Positions 56,938 through 64,000 of a stretch of DNA of 64,000 nucleotides are shown here, in pieces. This stretch comes from an uncultured Oscillospiraceae bacterium (GTDB taxonomy: Bacteria > Bacillota > Clostridia > Oscillospirales > Oscillospiraceae): NCBI GenBank assembly GCA_934630495.1, contig CAKTVW010000007.1, positions 1,828 to 65,827 of the forward strand, given 5' to 3'. Under the pieces are notes generated by a model that ran no database searches, was not told the origin of the DNA, and was given only the letters and a program-made list of their open reading frames with translations. Positions within the stretch are counted from its first letter, which is position 1. Each line of letters begins with the position of its first letter. The position numbers and the translations under genes were made by a program.

Positions 56938-57363
56938 TCACACCACCCAGCGGTATTTCGGGATCGGTTCCTTGAACAAAGCGTGACGGATCCAATTCTC
57001 AAACAGCATCCCGATGCCGCACAGCGGGAACCACAGCAGCGTGAAGGGCAGGCATATTTGTCCCATAAAATTCATTGGGACCTCCGAATAGCTCCAGACG
57101 TTCATGTGCAGCACATTGTTGACCAAGATCCCCGTCCAGAACTCGAAGAAGGTGACGATCAGCGCACCGACCGCCATTTGCAGCAGCACCGGCGCATGCC
57201 AGTATCGGTCCATGCCGCCCACGACGTAGACGCAGACGGCGCCCAGCAGGAACATGCTTCCGTGCGTCCAGCCGCGCCACAGCAGCTCCACCGCGCAGTA
57301 GAACATTCCGCCGATGTAAAACACCACCGCTTCCTTCCAGATTCGATACGCCCGTGATTTCAT
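56938..57363 (-). CDS. Small polytopic membrane protein (DUF1113 / putative ABC-transporter type IV-like)
   Basis: 141 aa with four hydrophobic segments. YIGGMFYCAVELLWRG N-terminal pattern. Confidence 0.5.
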   Translation of the reverse strand: MKSRAYRIWKEAVVFYIGGMFYCAVELLWRGWTHGSMFLLGAVCVYVVGGMDRYWHAPVLLQMAVGALIVTFFEFWTGILVNNVLHMNVWSYSEVPMNFMGQICLPFTLLWFPLCGIGMLFENWIRHALFKEPIPKYRWVV

Positions 57364-57514
57364 TGGCGTTCTCCTTTCCCGAGAGGCCCCGATCGGGTCG
57401 CCTGCAAAAACGCCTCGGCAAATGCCGCAGACGCACCGGAGCCTCTGTTTTGATGCAAACGGTCGTTTGCTCTACAGGAAAGTATTGCCGTTATCCCGCC
57501 GATTTATGATGAAA

Positions 57515-57758
57515 GTGACAAAAAATCCTTTTGACACGCCGGCAGACTGCCAAAAAGTTCGGAAGACAAGCAACTCACGCCCGTCGGCGTACGTGGGTAC
57601 GGTAGGGCGTGAGTTGCGCAGTAAGTCAAAATCCTTGCGAAGCAAGCAAATTCTTGCATTATAAGTTTTGAAATGTTCTGATTTTGCACATCATGCTGAT
57701 AGCGAAAATCTATAAAGTGTTAACCGATTTTGACGATTACGGACTTTTTGGCAGTCTG
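57515..57758. mobile_element. MITE-like non-coding element, copy 2 (TIR-delimited core 57543-57758)
   Basis: 22-nt TIRs, CAGACTGCCAAAAAGTTCGGAA and (rc) CAGACTGCCAAAAAGTCCGTAA, match 20/22. Homologous to 36256-36506. Ends 7 bp from the DUF2079 stop codon. Confidence 0.7.
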
Positions 57759-57764
57759 AAAATC

Positions 57765-59645
57765 CTACGCTTTTTTGTATACCGTCAGATATCCCGGCAG
57801 CTCGTCGCAGACCGTGTAGCCGTTTTCCTCCAAAAGCATACAGATCTCGCTTCGGCTCGCATCCCTCCAAGGCTTCTCGGTGTACATTCTGTAGGTCTTA
57901 CTATCGTCGAGCACGACATACTCAGACGACAGCAGATGCTCCCGCGAAGCATATTCCAGATCGTACAGCGTTTCACGGCCGGACAGCGGCACCGTAAAAA
58001 AGGTCGTCGCCGTCACGGACGCATCCTCCGGGATGCGCTCGAGATGCTCGGCAAGCTGCGCGTAGGTCTGTCTGCCGCTGCGGTATCTCTCCCAGAAATA
58101 CGACGCGCTCGGCACGACGCTGTTGACCAGCATCACCGCGCTCAGGATCAGCGCCGCGCCGGAAAGAGACGGCAGCGCAAGGCGCACGATCGGCTTCAGC
58201 CGAACGGCAAGCCAGAGATCGGCAAGATTCACCGCCGTCAGGTAAAACAGGCAGGCCGTCGCGCCGTAGGTATACTGAAAGAAGATGCTGTGCTGATATT
58301 GATAATCCGACATCAGATTGACCAGCACATACGGAATGAGCAGCAGAAAACGCTCATAGTGCCGCGTGAACAGCGGCAGGAACAGCAGCGGTCCCATCGT
58401 CAGCAGGATAAACTCCGTTTTTTCCGCGTCCATGCACTCGTAAACGGCCTTCATCGGCAGCACGAGCACCGCCTTGACCACGGTCAGGAGCGACCCTGAG
58501 CCGTCATAAATGAAGTTGTCATAGCGGTAGCTCATCACGCCGTCGCCGTAAACCGAAAGGTAGGTCGTAACGCCGACGAAATACGCCAGTGCACCGGTCA
58601 GTAAAAGCGCGCCGCTCAGGATGCCTCTGCGATCGCGGTGCAGCAGTCCCCGGACCAGTGCCCAAAGCGCCGTCACCGCCACATAGACCGCCGCGTCCTC
58701 CTTGACCAGCAGCGTCAGCAGTGCAAACAGCGCGACCGAGACGGTCTTCCTCCGGTCGAGCGCGTCAAAGAGCCAGAGCAGCAGCGGTGTCAGGAACACG
58801 TTCTCATGCAGGTCATAGCTCGTACCGCCGGAATACGCGGGGTAGACCAGCAGCAAGCCGCACAGGAGCGCCGCCGCAATCTGCGGCAGACCGTTTCTCC
58901 GCGCGATGCGCCACAGGGGAATGACCGCTGAGGCAAGCACCAGCACCTGAAGCAGCTCGAGCGTTTCCGCCTTCGGCCGGAGCATATAGAACGGCAGCAG
59001 CAAATAATAGATCGGCGAAACATGCACCTTAAAGTGAGACAGCAGGCCGTCACGCTCCAGCGTGGTATTCGGCACGCCGCTCATGCGCATATTGTGGAAC
59101 ATCTGCGTAAAGATGCCGAAATCATAGGTCGGCGCGGAATAGGAGCGGACGCGGCAGAGCAGCCAGCTTCCCGCGAACGCGACGAAGCCTGCGGCAAGCA
59201 GCACGACAAGCAGCTTCCCCGGCAGCGTTTTTTCTCCGCTCGGAAGCTCGGGCGTCTCGGACGAAGCGTTCCAGCCCCGGACCGCGTAAACGCCGAGGAT
59301 CGCAAGCACGGCAAGACAGGCCAGCAAAAACGGCACGGAAAAGGACACGCTCAGCGCCACCGCCGCGTACCAGCCGAAGCACAGCGGCATCGCCCAGCGT
59401 TCCCACACGCCGCTGTCGAAAAAACGGCCCAGCACGCACAGCCCGGCAAAGACCGCCGCCGTCAGGCCGACGGTCAGCGGGAAGGACAGTGCCGCAAGGC
59501 CGTCCGTCCCGCCCAGAAGCTGCTGCGGCTGCGGCAGCACGGTATACTGCACCGTTCCGACAAGCAGCCACGCCAGCAGCAGACGGCGGATCACCGCACC
59601 GGTCGAGAAAACGCGTCTTTTATTCGCTTTCGCTCTCGATCTCAT
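57765..59645 (-). CDS. DUF2079-family polytopic membrane protein (GT-C-like)
   Basis: 626 aa and highly hydrophobic. YDFGIFTQMFHNM...HVSPIYYLLLPFY motif typical of DUF2079. Confidence 0.65.
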   Translation of the reverse strand: MRSRAKANKRRVFSTGAVIRRLLLAWLLVGTVQYTVLPQPQQLLGGTDGLAALSFPLTVGLTAAVFAGLCVLGRFFDSGVWERWAMPLCFGWYAAVALSVSFSVPFLLACLAVLAILGVYAVRGWNASSETPELPSGEKTLPGKLLVVLLAAGFVAFAGSWLLCRVRSYSAPTYDFGIFTQMFHNMRMSGVPNTTLERDGLLSHFKVHVSPIYYLLLPFYMLRPKAETLELLQVLVLASAVIPLWRIARRNGLPQIAAALLCGLLLVYPAYSGGTSYDLHENVFLTPLLLWLFDALDRRKTVSVALFALLTLLVKEDAAVYVAVTALWALVRGLLHRDRRGILSGALLLTGALAYFVGVTTYLSVYGDGVMSYRYDNFIYDGSGSLLTVVKAVLVLPMKAVYECMDAEKTEFILLTMGPLLFLPLFTRHYERFLLLIPYVLVNLMSDYQYQHSIFFQYTYGATACLFYLTAVNLADLWLAVRLKPIVRLALPSLSGAALILSAVMLVNSVVPSASYFWERYRSGRQTYAQLAEHLERIPEDASVTATTFFTVPLSGRETLYDLEYASREHLLSSEYVVLDDSKTYRMYTEKPWRDASRSEICMLLEENGYTVCDELPGYLTVYKKA

Positions 59646-60465
59646 TCACTGTCACCTCATTCGTTTCTTCGCTGATCCAGAGGTCAAGGTCCACATTCCC
59701 GACGATCCCGGCAACTGTCCCGCTGTCCGAAAACTGCAGGCAGCGGAATTTGGCGGGGAAGGTCGGCGCGTCGCTGTACTCCGCCAGCCAGAGAGAATAC
59801 TGCGCCGTTTTTTCCAGATCCAGATGGAGATACCCGATCGTCTGGTTAAAATAAACGCCCGCCCGATAGCCGTTGGCCTCCACGTTTTCGCAGAATGCCA
59901 GCGTACACGCCGTCAGATCGACGTCCGACGGGCTGGTCACGCGGCTGCTCTCGTCGACGACCTCCCAGTCGTAGTAGACGGGCAGCTCCAGCTTCTCGCC
60001 GTCGAGCAGCTTGCAGACGTATTCCGCTTCCTCGCGTGCCTCGGCCTCGTCCTTCGCCTGCGAAAAGAAATACACGCCCACCTTCAGGCCCGCCGCCTTT
60101 GCTTCCCGCAGATTATAGCGGAACTGTTCGTCCTCATAGAGCGCGCCGAGCGTCGCGCCGCGCAGGCCCGCGCGGATCACCGCGAACTCCACGCCGGAAT
60201 CGGCGACCGCCTGCCAATCGATCAGGCCCTGATGCACCGAAACGTCAATGCCGACCATGTGCTCCCCCGCTCCGTAGCGCAGGAAGCCGTCCTGCATGTA
60301 AAAATCCGACGAAGTGTAGCCGTCGGCGGCGGTCCGCGTCTCCCGCCTCGTCTCGTTTTCGGCCGTCCGCCCGAGGATGAGCCACAGCGGCAGGCCGATC
60401 GCGACCGTTACCGCCAGCGCCAGCGCGGCGGCAAACAGCAGCGTATTCTTTTTCTTTCGGGACAT
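59620..60465 (-). CDS. GH25-family lysozyme (muramidase) with an N-terminal membrane anchor
   Basis: GIDVSVHQGLIDWQAV...FAVIRAG...VGVYFFS pattern. Confidence 0.8.
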   Translation of the reverse strand: MSRKKKNTLLFAAALALAVTVAIGLPLWLILGRTAENETRRETRTAADGYTSSDFYMQDGFLRYGAGEHMVGIDVSVHQGLIDWQAVADSGVEFAVIRAGLRGATLGALYEDEQFRYNLREAKAAGLKVGVYFFSQAKDEAEAREEAEYVCKLLDGEKLELPVYYDWEVVDESSRVTSPSDVDLTACTLAFCENVEANGYRAGVYFNQTIGYLHLDLEKTAQYSLWLAEYSDAPTFPAKFRCLQFSDSGTVAGIVGNVDLDLWISEETNEVTVNEIESESE

Positions 60466-60684
60466 TGCGCACCAGCCTTCCGAATGCTTTCTCTGTCGGC
60501 TGCCGTGCGTCTTTCCGTGCGGCAGCCTCTTTTTCCCGTTATTATATCATAGCCGTCAATCCCGTCGAATTTTGAAATTTAGGCTTGTGCAAGCATTGAT
60601 TTTATTGTAAAATGGTCTTTGACGATCGTCTGCTTTAACGGATCCGTGCGCCTCGGGCGCATTGAAATATACAGGAGGCCTGCC

Positions 60685-61854
60685 ATGAACCATCCCATAC
60701 GCAGAATGCTTTGCGGTATTCTGCCGTTTGTGCTTGCGCTGAGCTTATTCGGCTGCGCGCGCGACGTCCGCCCCTCCGAAGGGGTCGGCAAGGTCAAGCT
60801 CTGCGCAGTCGGCGATATCTATTTGACCGACGACATGCTTTCCGCCGCCAAGACCGCCGACGGCTACAATTTCCTTCCGCAGTTTTCCGACATCCTTATG
60901 CCGCTCACCTCAGCCGACCTGACCGTCGGGAATTTCGAGGGAACCTTCGCGGGGATGCCCTACGGCGCGGCGGAGGGCAGCTATCCGGACGCACTGGCCG
61001 CAATGCTGGCGACCGCCGGCTTCGACCTGCTGCAGACCGCAAACAGCTATACGCTCTTCAACGGTGTCAGCGGCATGGAGCGCACCCGTTCCGTTATCGA
61101 AGAAAACGGAATGACGGCGCTGGGCAGCTACCTGAGCGAGAGCGACCGCGCGGAAAATCAAGTGGTGATCCGCGAGGTCGACGGCGTCCGCGTCGCGTTC
61201 GTCGCGTTTACCAAGGGGCTGGGCGGCATCAGTCTTCCGAACGGCTCGGACGCCTGCGTCAACCTGCTCTATACGGATTACACGTCAAATTACGAGGATG
61301 TCGACACCGACGCGATCGTGTCCGTTCTGAAGGCGGCGAAGAAGGAAAAGCCCGATGTTATCGTCGCCATGCTCCATTGGGGCAGCGAGGGCGTTACCGA
61401 GGTCAGCCGGACGCAGAAGCAGATTGCAAATCTGATGGTCGACAACGGCGTCGACGTGATCATCGGCAGCCACTCTCACGAGGTCTGCGAGGTGGAGCGC
61501 CGCACCGTAGCGGTCAATAAGGACCGCAATAAGGAGGTCGTGATCGCCTACGGTCTGGGCGATTTCTCGGCGGTGAGCGCGGGCGGGACGACCGTTTCGC
61601 TGATGCTGGAGCTGGAGTTCACCCGCGACCACGCAACGGGCATCACCACACTGTCCGGGCTGAATTATCGGACCGTCGCGGCCGTGGACAACGGCGAAGG
61701 CTTCGCCAGCCGCTATTCCGTGCTCGACGGCGACAGCGCGGTCACGCTGTATGAGAACAATTACTACGCGCGCGTCAATGAGAGCACCTATGACCGCATC
61801 TTGGCTAAGCGCGAAAAGATCCGCAAGCTCCTCGGCCTGCTGCCGGAGGAATAA
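60685..61854 (+). CDS. CapA-family metallophosphatase-like lipoprotein
   Basis: Trimmed to MNHPIRRMLCGILPFVLALSLFGC (lipobox). VGDIYLTD...GNFEG...HWGSE...GSHSH motifs. Confidence 0.75.
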   Translation: MNHPIRRMLCGILPFVLALSLFGCARDVRPSEGVGKVKLCAVGDIYLTDDMLSAAKTADGYNFLPQFSDILMPLTSADLTVGNFEGTFAGMPYGAAEGSYPDALAAMLATAGFDLLQTANSYTLFNGVSGMERTRSVIEENGMTALGSYLSESDRAENQVVIREVDGVRVAFVAFTKGLGGISLPNGSDACVNLLYTDYTSNYEDVDTDAIVSVLKAAKKEKPDVIVAMLHWGSEGVTEVSRTQKQIANLMVDNGVDVIIGSHSHEVCEVERRTVAVNKDRNKEVVIAYGLGDFSAVSAGGTTVSLMLELEFTRDHATGITTLSGLNYRTVAAVDNGEGFASRYSVLDGDSAVTLYENNYYARVNESTYDRILAKREKIRKLLGLLPEE

Positions 61855-62039
61855 CGGCTTTGCTTTTTATTAGACGACAGCTTTTTCGCAAAGTTCCGCA
61901 ATTTTATTTTTTCGCACCCCGATCGGCATATTTCGACGCCGGTCGGGATTTCTTTCTCCCACAGTGGCCGTCCTCTTGCTTTTCCCCGCGCGTTGTAGTA
62001 GAATCAGGATAACGAAACAGAAAAGGGTGTGCAGACACA

Positions 62040-63020
62040 ATGAAGGAATTAACGGAACGTATGATCTCCGAGCTGGAAAACGGCCGCAGCGCCGTATTAT
62101 GCACCGTGCTTGCCAGCTCCGGCTCCTCCCCGCGCGGCGCGGGCGCCAGAATGCTGGTGCTTTCCGACGGCTCAACGATCGGGACGGTCGGCGGCGGGCG
62201 CGTCGAGCTTCTTGCCGCGCAGGACGGTGCGGAGATCCTGAAGACCGGGCAGAACCGTCTCCGCGCGTTCGATCTCGTACCGAATCAGGTCAATTCGATC
62301 GGCATGGTGTGCGGCGGCCGCGTCTCGATCTACTATCAGCTTATGACGCAGGCGGAGCTTCCCATTCTGTATCAAATGCGCAAGGCGCTCACCGAGGATA
62401 AAAACAGTTGGCTCTACCTCAAGCTGGAGGACGGCCGCGTCGAGGACTTCCGCATTGTGGACGAGGCGGGCGCCAAGGCTGAGCCGGAGCTGTTCACGGC
62501 CCGCGCGGTGCTGCAAAAGGGCACGACGATGCGCTATGCCGAGCCGATACGCCGTGCCGGACGCGTTCTTCTCTTCGGCGGCGGTCATGTCGGTCAGGCG
62601 CTCGTTCCCGTTCTGGCAAGCGTGGACTTCCGCGTCGTCGTGTTCGACAATCGGAAGGAGCTGGCAAATAAGGAGCACTTTCCCGACGCCGAGGAGGTCA
62701 TTTTCGGAGACTATCGGGACGTCTTCTCCAAAATTACGATCCACGAATCGGACTATGTCGTTATCATGACACCCGGACACCAGTCGGACTTCGTTCTTCT
62801 GGAGCAGGTGCTTCGCCATCCGACGCGCTACGTCGGATGCATCGGCTCGCGTCATAAGGTCGCGCGCGCACAGCAAATGCTCCGTGAGGCCGGGATCCCC
62901 GAGGAACGGATCCAGAGCACTCACTCCCCCATCGGCCTGCCTATTCTTGCCCAGACCCCTGCCGAGATCGCGATCAGCATCGCGGCGGAAATGATCCAAT
63001 GCCGCGCAACGCAGCAGTAA
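62040..63020 (+). CDS. XdhC/CoxI-family accessory protein
   Basis: 326 aa. N-terminal XdhC_CoxI (SAVLCTVLASSGSSPRGAGARM) and a C-terminal Rossmann domain (LLFGGGHVGQAL). Confidence 0.75.
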   Translation: MKELTERMISELENGRSAVLCTVLASSGSSPRGAGARMLVLSDGSTIGTVGGGRVELLAAQDGAEILKTGQNRLRAFDLVPNQVNSIGMVCGGRVSIYYQLMTQAELPILYQMRKALTEDKNSWLYLKLEDGRVEDFRIVDEAGAKAEPELFTARAVLQKGTTMRYAEPIRRAGRVLLFGGGHVGQALVPVLASVDFRVVVFDNRKELANKEHFPDAEEVIFGDYRDVFSKITIHESDYVVIMTPGHQSDFVLLEQVLRHPTRYVGCIGSRHKVARAQQMLREAGIPEERIQSTHSPIGLPILAQTPAEIAISIAAEMIQCRATQQ

Positions 63021-63718
63021 TGCAGCGGTGGAGCGCGGAGAGCATTGCCTTTCTGCGCGATGCCTCCGCCTACTGCAACTACCACGAGCGCTTGGCAGAC
63101 GCCGTGCTGCCCTTTCTCCCCCGCAGCGGCAGCATCTGCGACGCAGGCTGCGGCCTCGGCGGTCTTTCCCGTGCGCTGGCGCCCGTCTGCGGCCGTATTA
63201 CGGCGATCGACCGTTCCGAGGCCGCGATCCGCGCCATGAAGCAGCAGCCGCTCCCGCCGAACGTTACGGCGCTCTGCGCGGATATTTTTACCGTTCGGGA
63301 ACGCTTTGACGCCATGGTATTCTGCTATTTCGGCCTTCCGTCGGAAATTCTCCGTCTTGCCGCCGCGCACTGCGACGGTACGGTCGTCGTACTGCGGCGC
63401 AACTGTGCCGAGCACCGTTTTTCTCTCGGCAGCGTGCCGCTGGAGCACCGCGAGGGCGGCCTCCCCGCGCTGCTTACCGAACGCGGGATACGCTTTCACA
63501 GCGAAGCGCTTTCTCTGGAATTTGGACAGCCGCTGCGTTCGATGCAGGCGGCGCTGGACTTTTTCCGCCTCTATAACCGAAGTGCGCAGGACGTCACGGA
63601 AGAGAGCGTCGCTCCCCGTCTTATTCGGACGGGCGATCCGGTCTTTCCGTTCTACTCTCCGATGCGGCGCGACATGGAGCTGACCGTATTTCAAGCAAAG
63701 GAGCTGACCGGCTCATGA
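63020..63718 (+). CDS. Class I SAM-dependent methyltransferase
   Basis: ATG overlaps the XdhC stop (TAATG). Motif I ICDAGCGLGGLS. Confidence 0.6.
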   Translation: MQRWSAESIAFLRDASAYCNYHERLADAVLPFLPRSGSICDAGCGLGGLSRALAPVCGRITAIDRSEAAIRAMKQQPLPPNVTALCADIFTVRERFDAMVFCYFGLPSEILRLAAAHCDGTVVVLRRNCAEHRFSLGSVPLEHREGGLPALLTERGIRFHSEALSLEFGQPLRSMQAALDFFRLYNRSAQDVTEESVAPRLIRTGDPVFPFYSPMRRDMELTVFQAKELTGS

Positions 63719-64000
63719 ACATCATCGTCTGCGGCAGCACGGGGACCGGAAAGAGCACCGCGATCCGCCGACTGCTGCAATGCTGCGCCGAGCCGATCTA
63801 CGGCTTCTGGACGGAAAAGCTCGCTCCGGACTTTGACGGCCGCGCCCCGGTGTATATCCACGGCTGCCGTGAACCGCTCAGCTACGCGCCCGAGCGTCGG
63901 ATCGGCCTGTGCGCAAACCGTCATGCCGTCGGCTATGCGGAGGTCTTCGACGCGTGCGGCGTTTCCTTCCTGCAAAATATCCCGTCTGGCGCTCTGGTGC
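63715..64000 (+). CDS. P-loop NTPase (partial, runs off the right window edge)
   Basis: ATGA overlap with the upstream gene. MNIIVCGSTGTGKSTAIRRLL Walker A. Not in the ORF track because no stop lies in the window. Confidence 0.5.
   Translation, partial: MNIIVCGSTGTGKSTAIRRLLQCCAEPIYGFWTEKLAPDFDGRAPVYIHGCREPLSYAPERRIGLCANRHAVGYAEVFDACGVSFLQNIPSGALV

Noticed and set aside
57504-57689. Small ORF whose peptide (CFARILTYCATHALPY..TPTGVSCLSSELF) is also encoded at the start of track ORF 35515..36426. It looks like a conserved micro-protein.
   Set aside because: The conservation is explained by the shared MITE-like DNA, including a long hairpin. There is no RBS. In copy 1 the frame runs on into antisense of the pyrophosphatase gene. 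The two copies start and end differently.
61855-62039. Region upstream of the XdhC-like gene inspected for a molybdenum-cofactor riboswitch.
   Set aside because: It contains only one modest hairpin (CCCGATCGG...CCGGTCGGG). I cannot match it to the Moco motif from memory, so the support is insufficient.

Overview
High-GC, densely coded chromosomal segment that looks like Firmicutes/Clostridia. Support: a T-box leader, RNase M5, a CBS-type family II pyrophosphatase, ComEC, and tRNA genes with encoded CCA. Most genes are on the minus strand.

Layout, left to right:
- 1-3.7 kb: terminus of an integrative/conjugative-type element lying against the 3' end of tRNA-Gln(CUG). It carries an ArdA-like gene, a Cys-rich ICE-type protein, and an AT-rich cargo cassette bracketed by two diverged copies of the ArdA-like 5' end.
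- 4-11 kb: aspartate-family genes, dapF-thrB-thrC divergent from hom, aspartate kinase and asd.
- 11.2-17.7 kb: a translationally coupled seven-gene operon of ACP, fused KS-CLF, FabG, FabZ, FabD, flavodoxin-like protein and PlsX-like protein. No FabH or recognisable enoyl reductase is present in it.
- 17.9-21.3 kb: LysM/M14 peptidase, an exporter and a patatin-like lipase.
- 21.4-22.7 kb: seven tRNA genes, with a 57-bp perfect duplication of the tRNA-Arg 3' end.
- 22.9-27.7 kb: small accessory islet (XRE, cupin, DUF2975-like, two GNATs, hydrolase, TetR).
- 28-64 kb: housekeeping genes: carD-like, argF/argD, CBS-PPase, murI, infC-rpmI-rplT, a MacAB-like efflux operon with two adaptor proteins, mrp, ABC-F, rnmV, holA, comEC, HIT, alaS with an Ala T-box, rplJL, DUF2079, GH25, CapA and XdhC-like.

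Most interesting non-genic signals:
- A 151-bp, almost entirely hairpin-forming element in three 100% identical intergenic copies. Two copies are in direct orientation and bracket the efflux/mrp block.
- A second ~220-250-bp MITE-like family with 22-bp terminal inverted repeats, in two copies. One copy splits a bidirectional terminator whose 30-bp hairpin is duplicated on both sides.

No CRISPR array, rRNA gene or intact transposase or integrase gene was seen. All coordinates and identities were derived by eye from the sequence and ORF track. No database search was run.
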